Source: Bacillota bacterium
GTDB taxonomy: Bacteria > Bacillota > JAAYKD01
Reading direction: 5' to 3'
Assembly: GCA_963666425.2 (NCBI GenBank)
Contig: OY762825.2
Location: forward strand, 448,001-512,000
Length of the DNA stretch: 64,000 nucleotides
Within the stretch, counting starts at the first letter, position 1. Each line of letters starts with the position of its first letter. Below, one piece after another: positions 10,196-19,501 of the stretch. The translations under genes were made by a program, and so were the position numbers. The notes beneath the pieces were generated by a model. The model saw only the letters and a program-made list of their open reading frames with translations. It searched no databases and had not been told where the DNA came from.

Positions 10196-10852
10196 TCAGC
10201 GTTGATCGATTGTTGCCTGTAATTGCTCGTGCCAATTTACTGTATCGTAAATCTGCGGCTCGGTTGTTTCACCAAAAAGCAGGTCAACTAAGTAGCGCGG
10301 GGACTTGCCACCGATATAGATGGATTTGATACAGGAAACACAGTAGACGCAAACCTCGTCACAGGGCATAGAATCAGCCCGTTCCTTCATTTTTCTACCT
10401 ACCTGTTCCACCGACAATTGCGGAAAGAAGCTATCTCCGCAGCAAATAGAACGTGTGCCAGAAAATTCTGTTTCCACCACCTCAATCTTCATCTTTTTCA
10501 ATAAATTACGCACTGCCTGGTGGACTTGCGGCTTTTCGCGCACAGGGCAGGCATCATGGACAGATAATTTCAAGCCATGATAGTCGGGAAAAGAAAACGC
10601 AGGTGAATTGTCCAAGATTTTCCAAAGTGAAATCGTTGAGATTCCTGGATACAGATTGCTAAAACGCCGATCGCAACCGGCACATAGATTTATAATCAAG
10701 GAGCCTGCTTCCAATTGCGGATTATGGCGGCAGCATATCGCATGAAGTTGAACTTCAGCATAATTCTGATTGAGAAAATCAAGAATTTTCTTTTCCGCCT
10801 CCGGCTTATAGATATGTAAAGCACAACCAGCATTGAAATACTTCTTCGGCAT
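10196..10852 (-). CDS. (Fe-S)-binding protein with CCG cysteine-rich domain
   Basis: Motifs ICCRH, CAGC, HDAC, CCG and CVSC. Confidence 0.8.
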   Translation of the reverse strand: MPKKYFNAGCALHIYKPEAEKKILDFLNQNYAEVQLHAICCRHNPQLEAGSLIINLCAGCDRRFSNLYPGISTISLWKILDNSPAFSFPDYHGLKLSVHDACPVREKPQVHQAVRNLLKKMKIEVVETEFSGTRSICCGDSFFPQLSVEQVGRKMKERADSMPCDEVCVYCVSCIKSIYIGGKSPRYLVDLLFGETTEPQIYDTVNWHEQLQATIDQR

Positions 10853-11080
10853 CGGACTTTTCCTCCATCTCATCGAATCGCTTGAACATGGATGACAAAC
10901 CAGAAAACACCAATGGTTTTTACTTCCTTGCTAGTGCGGCTCCCTGCTCCATTGCAAACCAGTTTCGGCGTAGTTCCGTTTTCGCCATTGTTTGTTTGAT
11001 TTTTCTGAAACTTGGCGTTGATTCGTTTGCATATTTAAAAACGCAGGTTGTTTTAGAAATGATTTGAAAACAAACTCTGC

Positions 11081-11884
11081 TTACTCCGAACCTTTTTTCT
11101 GCATTTCAGGAAAATCGACTTCCGCCACAACCCCAAAGTGGTCACTTGCCGCAAGCTGAGTTACCGGAGAAACTTCGGTACCAAAGATCTCGACAGACCT
11201 TAACATTTTTTCAGAAAAATCATTCAACAGATAAATCCTATCAGTCACGGTTGGAATTTCTATTGTATTTTTGCCAGCCCAGCGAGGATTGTTGACAAAA
11301 TCAAGCGTTGGCTTCAGCGGCAACCGATTCAATTCAGCGTAGGAACTGGAAAGTTCATGCCAATATGGTTTTGCTTCTTGGCCGCTGAGCGTCTGCTCTC
11401 CGAGTAAATAGCGATGGACACTGGAATTTAGGCTTCCGTTGAAATCGCCAAGCAGAATAAAGTAGTCAACTTCCTTTCTTTGCAGATGGAGGAAGCGATC
11501 AATGGCAACAATCTGTTCTTCTTTTGCTTTTACTGAATCCCAAGGCAAGTGCACATTGGTCAACGAAAAGCTTGAGCCGTCAACCTGAAAAAGCACATTG
11601 CAGGCAAAACTGCAAGCATATTCTGCCTGCTCGTTTAGAAAATAACAGCATTTCAGCGGATACTTACTTAAGGTCGCCAGACCCTCATCCTCATTCTGAT
11701 ACTTTCTGAACTCATGGTAGGGATACTCGGTTGCTTTCTTCGAGAGTTGATGGAAAAAATCTGAAGTTACTTCCTGTAAACCAATCACGTCGGCATTCAC
11801 AGCATTGATTACATCGATCAGCTGATGATCACGATGATGATTATCTTTGCTTTCATTCCACACATTGTACGTCGCAATTTTCAT
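11081..11884 (-). CDS. Endonuclease/exonuclease/phosphatase (EEP) family protein
   Basis: Motifs TYNV, GLQEV, NVHL, LGDFN, DRI and SDH. Confidence 0.9.
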   Translation of the reverse strand: MKIATYNVWNESKDNHHRDHQLIDVINAVNADVIGLQEVTSDFFHQLSKKATEYPYHEFRKYQNEDEGLATLSKYPLKCCYFLNEQAEYACSFACNVLFQVDGSSFSLTNVHLPWDSVKAKEEQIVAIDRFLHLQRKEVDYFILLGDFNGSLNSSVHRYLLGEQTLSGQEAKPYWHELSSSYAELNRLPLKPTLDFVNNPRWAGKNTIEIPTVTDRIYLLNDFSEKMLRSVEIFGTEVSPVTQLAASDHFGVVAEVDFPEMQKKGSE

Positions 11885-11906
11885 AGATCAATAACCTCAC
11901 TTGCTT

Positions 11907-13031
11907 CTAAAACAACAGCTCTCCCGGTTTATAGCCTGCGGGTAATTCCTCTTCCACTAAGAATTTGAAATTTTCATCACGCAGGATTGGTAAAAACGCT
12001 TCGTAGGGTACTGCAGAAAATTCAAAGATATAATTGCTGGCACCAAACCACTTGCCATCTTTGCTGCTCAAATTTAAATCTCTGGCAAATTTCGTATAAT
12101 TCGAGCAATCATGCACCGCTACATCCCAGTTCTCTTGATCGGCTATTTTCATGAATTTCAACGTCAATTCCCGGCTCCAAATGGGCGAGAGGTAACCCTG
12201 CCGGGCGATATACATGTTTTCACCATAGAAATTATCGATGTTATTCTCATTGAGGTGTAATTCGGCACAATTGATGAAATCGAGTTTTGTCGCCAAAATT
12301 GCTTGCTTTTTCTGAAAAAACGTTTCGAAAAATTCCGGCGTCATCGGAGTTTCAATGCCCACATTCGGAATATATTGCTTTGCTATTCTGATATTTTCAA
12401 TGACTAAATCGGAACAGTTGGTAGCCCCCAGATTGAAACGCAGTTCGTCTAAACCGGCTTCCGCCAAGGCCTTTAGTGATTCTTCCGTCGCTAAAGTGCC
12501 ATTGGTATAGAGATGCTGATAAACGCCGGCAGCATGGAATTTTTTTATCATCGTGTAGTATTTTTCAATTTCCATAAACGGTTCTAAATAGACATAAGAA
12601 ACACCGGTTGGTTTCTGTTGGATAGCAAGCAATAAATCGATATCCTTTTCATAGAATTTTGTGCCGCCAATGTCCCACATGTCTTCGCCAATGGGCGGCT
12701 GATCGTCAATTTCTCCATAGTTATAACAGAATTTACACTCCAGATTGCAATGATTCGTTTTCCGGATTGCCCCTAAACCAGTACCCAGCAGACAGGAACG
12801 ACAGCCTTTGGGAAATTTACTTTCATTCCCCACAAAAAGCGTTCTCTTTTGCAGATTTTTTAAACCCTTGATCTCGGCCATCAACAGTTCATTTCTATGA
12901 TCAACTGCTGCCTCAATTTGGGCAAAAGTAGCAAAGATAATTTCCTGTTGCTTTGTCATAATATCCTCATCTTCCGGCAATTCCGAAAAAAACTCAAACC
13001 AACTCAAAGCGTCCTTTTTTGAAATTTTCAT
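11907..13031 (-). CDS. Radical SAM protein
   Basis: CxxxCxxC (CNLECKFC), YTNG and GLDELRFN. Confidence 0.88.
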   Translation of the reverse strand: MKISKKDALSWFEFFSELPEDEDIMTKQQEIIFATFAQIEAAVDHRNELLMAEIKGLKNLQKRTLFVGNESKFPKGCRSCLLGTGLGAIRKTNHCNLECKFCYNYGEIDDQPPIGEDMWDIGGTKFYEKDIDLLLAIQQKPTGVSYVYLEPFMEIEKYYTMIKKFHAAGVYQHLYTNGTLATEESLKALAEAGLDELRFNLGATNCSDLVIENIRIAKQYIPNVGIETPMTPEFFETFFQKKQAILATKLDFINCAELHLNENNIDNFYGENMYIARQGYLSPIWSRELTLKFMKIADQENWDVAVHDCSNYTKFARDLNLSSKDGKWFGASNYIFEFSAVPYEAFLPILRDENFKFLVEEELPAGYKPGELLF

Positions 13032-13063
13032 TTTAGATCCTCCGCTTATTTTTTATTCTCTGA

Positions 13064-14029
13064 TTATCGCTTCAGACAATCCTCGTTTTCCCGCAATACG
13101 CTCGTGGCAAACCTGGCCTGCCAGAGAAATTCTTTCTGGTCTGAGTCTCGCGCTGACAGCGCCTGGCAATAATAATCGCAGACAGCCAATTGATAATAGT
13201 AAAGCTTGAACAAATTCTCCCTGTCATAATCATTCAGCTCGATAATTTGTGAGTAGTTCAGAACATATTGATCGAATTTATCCCGATCAATTTTTCCGTA
13301 TCTGCTTTCTGGGCAGGCATACAGAAAGGATCTGCTAATTTCCCAAACGACCGGATGCACGCAGGCACAGGTCCAATCGACAATACCGTTAATTGTTTTT
13401 TCACCGCACAACAGTTGATTGATTGTAAAATCGCCGTGCGTGTTTTTACATGTTAAATCCTCAAGTTGAAAAGAAAGATCCGGAAAATGCTCCAATAACG
13501 CAATTCTGTATTGTAAATCATCAACAATCGTTGGCAAACCCTGTTCTTTTGCTTGATCAAGTGTATTTCGATAGGCTTTAATCGCCCTATTCACATTCAT
13601 ATACTGAAAAAATCCTTTTCCCATGCCTTCCGGCAAGGCCGGATATTCTTCAAGCGCCAAATGGATTTTCCCAAGAGCCTCCGCCGATGCTTTCAGCAGC
13701 CAATCCGGCGCCATATGTACTGGATAAGTCTTGCCTTCAAGAAACCTCTGTAGATGATATACTCTGCCGTCATCCAATGCGGTGGTATAACAACCATGCT
13801 TATTTCTTAAGTACTTTGGCACGGGAATCCCTTTCGCATGCAGAAATTCGCAAATCTTATGTTCATTCGCGGGATGATTGGTCGCGTCGGGTTTTACTAT
13901 TTTTAAAAAATACTTCTCGTTTTCATCCTCAACAAAATAGCTTTCTCCGCCTACTCCCAACGAGCATCTGTTGATTGCTTTTGAATTGATGCCATACTCG
14001 TCAAGCAATGCTGTCATTTTTTCTTTCAT
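13064..14029 (-). CDS. Aminoglycoside phosphotransferase-like (APH) kinase
   Basis: YFLK, Brenner motif HGDFTINQ and IVDW. Confidence 0.82.
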   Translation of the reverse strand: MKEKMTALLDEYGINSKAINRCSLGVGGESYFVEDENEKYFLKIVKPDATNHPANEHKICEFLHAKGIPVPKYLRNKHGCYTTALDDGRVYHLQRFLEGKTYPVHMAPDWLLKASAEALGKIHLALEEYPALPEGMGKGFFQYMNVNRAIKAYRNTLDQAKEQGLPTIVDDLQYRIALLEHFPDLSFQLEDLTCKNTHGDFTINQLLCGEKTINGIVDWTCACVHPVVWEISRSFLYACPESRYGKIDRDKFDQYVLNYSQIIELNDYDRENLFKLYYYQLAVCDYYCQALSARDSDQKEFLWQARFATSVLRENEDCLKR

Positions 14030-14112
14030 GGTTTGCTTCTCTCCGCTCTCATTAAAAAATTCTACCGCTTCTCCAATCGGCTGCTGAGCCGTTGTCGATC
14101 GTCTTTTCTAAT

Positions 14113-14946
14113 TCATTCCGGCAAAGCAATGGTTCCTTGCAAAACAACAACCGACTCTCCAATCAGCTGCACTCTCCCCTGCTCTACCAGCCTTAAGACG
14201 ATTTCTCCGCCCCTTTGCGAGGCCTGATAGGCTCTTAACCGATCCTTCTTGAGTAAACCTGCCCAATAAGGCGCCAGCAAAGTGTGCACGGAACCCGTAA
14301 CCGAATCTTCATCGACGCCTGCCCATGGATTAAAGTAGCGAGAAGTGAAATCGTAAGGGTCCTTCCCAAGACAAGTAACGGCCACCCCTTTTATTTTGCT
14401 GCAGTTTCCTTCTTTCATTCTTAAAAAATTTGGATCCAACTGAAGAACATCAGCCAGTGTTTTCAGATGAATCACCAGTTTATTCGTATTTTTACCCCAA
14501 AAAATCGTTTCATAGTGGGATATTCCCATTGCCTTCAATACTTCGAAGGGCGGATTCAGCCCGATTGGTTCATCACTTGGAAAATCAAGCAGAATACCCT
14601 CGCTGGATTTTTGGGCAGTAAGTTTGCCGCTTTTAGTTTCATAGAAAATTGTATCCCATTCAGCACCCAAATGATCAAACAAGACCTTAGAAACAGCAAG
14701 CGTGGCATGCCCGCATAATGCCACTTCTGTTTTTGGAGTAAACCATCTCAATTTGAATCGGTTAGAAGATAACCTTGCTGCGCCTTCGAACGGAAAAACA
14801 AAAGCTGTTTCAGCCAGATTCATCTCAGCGGCAATCAACTGCATGTTCCTTTCACTTATTTCTTTTTCCAAAACACAAACACCTGCAGGATTACCCCGAA
14901 ATGCTTCCTTTGTAAATGCATCAACCTGATAAAACGCTATCTGCAT
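14113..14946 (-). CDS. PhzF family isomerase
   Basis: Motifs VDAF...GNPAGV, AETAF, LRWFTP.TEV.LCGHATL and EDSVTGS. Confidence 0.9.
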   Translation of the reverse strand: MQIAFYQVDAFTKEAFRGNPAGVCVLEKEISERNMQLIAAEMNLAETAFVFPFEGAARLSSNRFKLRWFTPKTEVALCGHATLAVSKVLFDHLGAEWDTIFYETKSGKLTAQKSSEGILLDFPSDEPIGLNPPFEVLKAMGISHYETIFWGKNTNKLVIHLKTLADVLQLDPNFLRMKEGNCSKIKGVAVTCLGKDPYDFTSRYFNPWAGVDEDSVTGSVHTLLAPYWAGLLKKDRLRAYQASQRGGEIVLRLVEQGRVQLIGESVVVLQGTIALPE

Positions 14947-14991
14947 TTTAATCTTCTCCTCATTCGCCATATCATGCACCGGAGCGACAAG

Positions 14992-15570
14992 TCAAATAAA
15001 AAATTGACGATCAGGATGTGCCAACACCCCCGTCCCCTTGGCACAAAAGAGGCTTTTACAATCCCGATTCAGTTTTTTAGCTTTTATTGTAATCAGCAGT
15101 TCTTCTGCGGCGGAAAGAAAGGCAATGCTGCCAAGGATGAGCAACGCAATCCGGCTGCCAAACACTACAATTAAAACCGGTATGGCGAAGAGCAACAACC
15201 CGGTTATTTTATTTAAGTAGGTATGCAAAGCAGAAAAGGTGTGATATTTGAAATAGCCGATGGCATACGCGGTCAGTCTTACGATCGCAATACTTCCTAC
15301 CCAGAACCAGATCCAACTCAGCAGTATTCTCTGCGAAACAATCACTATCGCAATCGCCGCCATAAACACAACATCCGCAATGCTGTCCAGTTTCGCTCCC
15401 AACTCACTCTCCTGCTTCAGGCTTCTTGCCGCAATGCCATCCAGTAAATCGCTGGCACCGGCTAAAGCATAAAAAATCCAAAAGCCTGTGGAAAACGGAT
15501 TGGCGTAAAGCAAGAGCAAAGCAAAAATCATGCGCGACACCGTAATTAAATTTGCCATGTTTCTCATCAT
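14992..15570 (-). CDS. CDP-alcohol phosphatidyltransferase family protein; C-terminus reads through element A
   Basis: ANLITVSR and the signature SDLLDGIAAR...GAKLDSIAD; the terminal CAKGTGVLAH is encoded by the repeat. Confidence 0.88.
   Translation of the reverse strand: MMRNMANLITVSRMIFALLLLYANPFSTGFWIFYALAGASDLLDGIAARSLKQESELGAKLDSIADVVFMAAIAIVIVSQRILLSWIWFWVGSIAIVRLTAYAIGYFKYHTFSALHTYLNKITGLLLFAIPVLIVVFGSRIALLILGSIAFLSAAEELLITIKAKKLNRDCKSLFCAKGTGVLAHPDRQFFI
15017..15045 (+). repeat. Element A, single copy inside the 3' end of a CDS
   Basis: tgtgccaacacccccgtccccttggcaca. Confidence 0.9.
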
Positions 15571-15627
15571 ACCACATCCTTAAAAAATATAACAGTTGCT
15601 TTTGCGCAATTAAATTCACCTTCGGGC

Positions 15628-15656
15628 TGTGCCAACACCCCCGTCCCCCTGGCACA
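15628..15656 (+). repeat. Element A, single copy
   Basis: tgtgccaacacccccgtccccctggcaca. Confidence 0.9.
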
Positions 15657-15736
15657 AAAAAACAGAGGCAGTAAGATTTTCATCTCATTACCTCTGTTAT
15701 TGTAGCACAATATGCTAATGCATGGAGCAGCGCAGT

Positions 15737-16600
15737 TTATTTTTTCTTTACCGGAATCCAAATTTCACTGTAATAATTTTCATCCTGATTTCCTTTTGGA
15801 TATTCTTCTGGGTTATCGTACATTTCAATATTATAACCTGCGGCAATTTCATACTCCTTGCAGTTGGGCAGCCATTCCGAGAAGATTTTTCCGTTTACCT
15901 CCTGCAGCGCTTTGGGCATGGCCCCCTTACAGGCAAAAACTACCCAAGTGTGCTTCGGGATGATTTTGGTGACAAAACCCGGCGGCACTTCGACGGATGG
16001 ATTGTAATTGTCCGCAATCAAATACTCAAATTGATCGGGACCCATGTTCTCATCTATGCACACACCATACATACCACAAACAATTTCGTTCTTTCCTGTT
16101 TGATAATGCTCTGTCCAAAACGCCGGAATCTCTGCTTTTGCAGCATCATAGGAAAACACCTTCGCTGCACCGATGACCGTAAAGGAATCCTTTTCTACAA
16201 TTTTGTAGTCCATGAGATAACCACCTTCCAATGTAAATTTGATTTTGAGAGGCGCAAAGGATTTTATCATGGCGCCCTCTTTCCTAACAGCCGTGGGGGT
16301 GACACTGTGAAAACGAGTGAACGCTTTGGTAAAGCTATCGGGTGAATCATAACCATATTTCAGAGCAATATCAATGATTTTTGCATCCGTAGCAACCAGC
16401 TCGCTGCCGGCAAGCGTGAGTCTGCGTTGTCTGATGTATTCACCAACCGTAAAACCGCAGAGCATGGCAAACCCTTTTTGAAAATAAAACGCCGAAACAA
16501 ATGCCCGTTTGGCAATGCTTTCTATGCTGAGTTCTTCGGTGATATTTTCTTCAATATAGTCGATCGCCTCGCCAATTCCTTCAATCCATCCCACCTTCAT
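15737..16600 (-). CDS. AraC family regulator with GyrI-like effector domain
   Basis: AIDYIEENI...YGYDSPDSFTKAFTRFH and C-terminal IFSEWLP...EIWIPVKK. Confidence 0.92.
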   Translation of the reverse strand: MKVGWIEGIGEAIDYIEENITEELSIESIAKRAFVSAFYFQKGFAMLCGFTVGEYIRQRRLTLAGSELVATDAKIIDIALKYGYDSPDSFTKAFTRFHSVTPTAVRKEGAMIKSFAPLKIKFTLEGGYLMDYKIVEKDSFTVIGAAKVFSYDAAKAEIPAFWTEHYQTGKNEIVCGMYGVCIDENMGPDQFEYLIADNYNPSVEVPPGFVTKIIPKHTWVVFACKGAMPKALQEVNGKIFSEWLPNCKEYEIAAGYNIEMYDNPEEYPKGNQDENYYSEIWIPVKKK

Positions 16601-16673
16601 TACCTCCTCGCTGTGTTTTCATCTTATCAATTATTCTTCGCTCCTGCCCGACTTTTCCTGCTTTGTTTTGTCT

Positions 16674-16702
16674 TGTGCCAGGGGGACGGGGGTGTTGGCT
16701 CA
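16674..16702 (-). repeat. Element A overlapping the dinB stop codon
   Basis: tgtgccagggggacgggggtgttggctca; the last three bases are the dinB TGA. Confidence 0.85.
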
Positions 16703-17944
16703 GTTGGGCTGCATACCGGGCATCAGCAGAATACTGCTGCTGTGCAGCGGCATTTTCAAATTACCCATTAAGGAAGCAGAGATCACCGAACGTTTGCCGT
16801 AGCGTTGACGCAGGATATCGATTGTTTCTTCCAATTTCATCTGACGGTCGTGTTTTTGGTAGTTGTTCAGCAGATCCAGCTGCAAAGGTTCTTCCTGAGG
16901 AATCAGGTTGATGACTCTGACCGTGACCGAGCGGATCGGCAACTGCCACTGATAATTCTCCTGAAAGAGGCTGCGGGCTTTGCAAGCGATTTCCATAATA
17001 CTCTGGCTGGGCATGGCCAGCGGCGCCTGATACTGTTTGACGGTCAGATCATTGCTGCGGGTGGTAATCTGCACGCCACAGGCCATCAGGGCATGCGTGC
17101 GCAGCTTATAGCCGATATCCTGCGACAATTCCAACATCACGTGCCAGACTTCCAGGCTGTTCTGCAAGTCTTCCACACAGGTAATGCCGTGCCCGATGGA
17201 TTTGATTTCCCTTCTGAAATCGCTTGGCTGTACCGAAGCATGATCGTCGCCGTTGGCAAAGCTCCAAATCTGGATGCCGTTGATGCCAAGCAGCTTGCGC
17301 AGCTTTTGCGGATCGGCCCTGGCCAGATCGCCAATGCTGCGAATCCCGATGGCAGCCAGTTTTACGGTGGTGGAACGGCCCACATAGAGCAAATCGCTGA
17401 CCGGCAGCGGCCACAGCTTTTCCCGAAAGTTTTCGATATCGACTACCGTGACGGCATCCGGCTTTTTCAAATCGCTGCCCAGTTTGGCAAAGACTTTATT
17501 AAACGAAACGCCAATGCTGACGGTCAAACCCAACTCATCTTTGACCAAATTGCGGATCCTCTCGGCAATTTCATAGCCTTCTGCAAAATCGGCACAAATC
17601 TTGCTGACATCCAGCCAGCATTCATCCATGCCATAGGGTTCCACCCGTTCGGTAAAGCGGCCGTAAATTTCCCGCACCGCTTTGGATGCTTTGACAAATT
17701 CATTGTAATTGGGCGGCAGCAGAATCACTTCCGGGCAGAGGCGTTTGGCCTGCCAGTTGGCCATGCCGGTTTTAATACCGGCTTCCTTGGCCAATTGGGA
17801 TTTGGCCAGCACAATGCCATGGCGATCGTCGGCACAGCCGCAGACTGCCACTGCTTTGCCCCTGAGAGAGGGGTCGAGCATGCAGGCAACCGAAGCGTAA
17901 AAGGCGTTCAGATCGCTGTGTAAAATGATGCGGTCGCTCTTCAT
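16700..17944 (-). CDS. dinB: Y-family DNA polymerase (Pol IV / UmuC-like)
   Basis: Motifs ILHSDLNAFYASV, GMDECWLD, SIGVSFNKVFAKLGSD.KKPD and KSIGHG. Confidence 0.93.
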   Translation of the reverse strand: MKSDRIILHSDLNAFYASVACMLDPSLRGKAVAVCGCADDRHGIVLAKSQLAKEAGIKTGMANWQAKRLCPEVILLPPNYNEFVKASKAVREIYGRFTERVEPYGMDECWLDVSKICADFAEGYEIAERIRNLVKDELGLTVSIGVSFNKVFAKLGSDLKKPDAVTVVDIENFREKLWPLPVSDLLYVGRSTTVKLAAIGIRSIGDLARADPQKLRKLLGINGIQIWSFANGDDHASVQPSDFRREIKSIGHGITCVEDLQNSLEVWHVMLELSQDIGYKLRTHALMACGVQITTRSNDLTVKQYQAPLAMPSQSIMEIACKARSLFQENYQWQLPIRSVTVRVINLIPQEEPLQLDLLNNYQKHDRQMKLEETIDILRQRYGKRSVISASLMGNLKMPLHSSSILLMPGMQPN

Positions 17945-17981
17945 GCAAAAGACCTCCTTTCCAGGAAGTAGGCGTGTGACG

Positions 17982-18132
17982 GAAGTTTATAGAAGTTATC
18001 CCTTCTTCATCTTAGCAATAGAAAGAAATTTTGTCAAGGAAGTTCAGTAATAAATTGCGCAGTTTTCTTCTCTTTTTTCACTTGACAAGCCGTATTTCAT
18101 GAAGTATAATGAAATTAACTTCTATATACTTC
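17982..18132. promoter_or_regulatory. Divergent sigma-A promoters with a shared 16-bp operator
   Basis: dinB promoter TTGACA(18037-18032)-17-TAAGAT; xre promoter TTGACA(18082)-17-TATAAT(18105). AACTTCTATAWACTTC lies downstream of each -10 (17997-17982 on -, 18117-18132 on +). Confidence 0.75.
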
Positions 18133-18192
18133 ATTTTATATTTGCAGTTACACGAAGTCGAAAACTTCTATATGCCATAAGGAGGATGAATC

Positions 18193-18630
18193 ATGCAACG
18201 CTTTGCAGAGAAACTCAAAGCCGCCCGCGCCGAAGCCGATCTTAGCCAAGCCGCCCTGGCCGAACAGGTAGATGTCTCCATTCGCTCCATTTCCGCCTAT
18301 GAAACGGGTATGGCCATTCCGCGCGGCTCCACCATGCGCAAGCTGGCCCACGCCCTGGCTGTTTCCCTGGAATACCTGACCAACGACGAAGTGACCGACC
18401 CCAAAGCCGGCATGGCGAAAGAAATTGTGCTGGAAGATATTCGCGGCCGCTACGGCAGCAAAGGCGTCGCCGAAGCAGACATGCTGCTGCAGCGCAATCG
18501 GGCTCTCTTCGCCGGCGGTGTGCTGACCCAGGACGCCAAAGACGCTTTCTTCCAGGCCGTGATGACGGCCTATGTCACCTGTAAAGAAGAAGCCAAAGAA
18601 ACCTTCGGACACAAGAAAGATGAGGAATAG
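18193..18630 (+). CDS. XRE-family HTH repressor (ImmR-like)
   Basis: LKAAR..ADLSQAALAEQVDVSIRSISAYETG...LAHALAVSLEYL; GGAGG RBS. Confidence 0.9.
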   Translation: MQRFAEKLKAARAEADLSQAALAEQVDVSIRSISAYETGMAIPRGSTMRKLAHALAVSLEYLTNDEVTDPKAGMAKEIVLEDIRGRYGSKGVAEADMLLQRNRALFAGGVLTQDAKDAFFQAVMTAYVTCKEEAKETFGHKKDEE

Positions 18631-18635
18631 ATACC

Positions 18636-19166
18636 ATGTCTATCTCCACAATCAGCCAGGAAGTTCGTAAGATTCTCAGCAAATACGATGAAAGCAATAT
18701 CTATCGCCTCTGCCGCGCCATGAAAATTACCGTGCTGCTCTCCCCCATGGGCGAATTTACCGGTGCCTGCAAGGGATTCTATCTCAGCCAATCGCGCAGG
18801 CAGGTGATTATGGTCAACAGCAATTTGCCGGAAGATCTGCAGAGAATCATTGTCGCGCACGAATTGGGCCATGCCGTGCTGCATCGACGCTTAACCGGCA
18901 TTAAAGCCTTCCACGATTTTGAAATGTTTGATGAAACATCGCAGTTTGAATTTGAAGCCAATATTTTTGCCGCCGATCTGTTGATGCCGGACGAAGACGT
19001 TTTGGCCCTGCTGAACGACGATATCTCTTTCTTCACTGCCGCCAATCAGCTGCAAGTCCCGGCGGAATTGTTGGATTTTAAATTCCGCGTTTTAAAACGC
19101 AAAGGATTTCAGGTCATCGATCCGCCCATGACAGCCAATTCCGATTTTTTAAAGAGGGTGAGGTGA
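18636..19166 (+). CDS. ImmA/IrrE family zinc metallopeptidase
   Basis: HExxH in VAHELGH and EFEANIFAADLL. Confidence 0.9.
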   Translation: MSISTISQEVRKILSKYDESNIYRLCRAMKITVLLSPMGEFTGACKGFYLSQSRRQVIMVNSNLPEDLQRIIVAHELGHAVLHRRLTGIKAFHDFEMFDETSQFEFEANIFAADLLMPDEDVLALLNDDISFFTAANQLQVPAELLDFKFRVLKRKGFQVIDPPMTANSDFLKRVR

Positions 19167-19171
19167 ATAGA

Positions 19172-19447
19172 ATGGAAAATCCAGCCAAAGTCTATGTCAG
19201 CGTGACCGCTTCCTTTGATCCGGAAGGCATGCTGCTGCCGCAGGTCATCACCTGGGAAGACGGCACGCAGTATCTAATCGACCGGATTCTCGATATCCGC
19301 CCCTCGTATGCCGCCAAAGCCGGCGGCCAGGGGGATCGTTATATGGTGCGTTTGGGCGATCATTACAGCTATCTTTTCTTTGAACGCAGCGCCGCCCTCC
19401 AGGGCAACCAGCTTGGCCGTTGGTTTGTTGAACGCAAACAAGCATAA
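19172..19447 (+). CDS. Conserved small protein of clostridial dinB cassettes
   Basis: KVYVSV...ITWEDG.QYLIDRILDIRP..AAKAGGQGDRY...WFVERK; GAGGTG RBS. Confidence 0.75.
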   Translation: MENPAKVYVSVTASFDPEGMLLPQVITWEDGTQYLIDRILDIRPSYAAKAGGQGDRYMVRLGDHYSYLFFERSAALQGNQLGRWFVERKQA

Positions 19448-19501
19448 AAAAGGCAAAAACGGCGAGCCCCAGCCTCGCCCGCCTGAAAGGAGTGCTTCCC
19501 C

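Noticed and set aside
8534-16600. Classical integron
   Set aside because: No intI tyrosine recombinase and no RYYYAAC...GTTRRRY attC sites were recognised; at least the AraC genes have their own promoters.
16805-17923. 372-aa plus-strand ORF
   Set aside because: Antisense shadow of dinB, with no motifs of its own.
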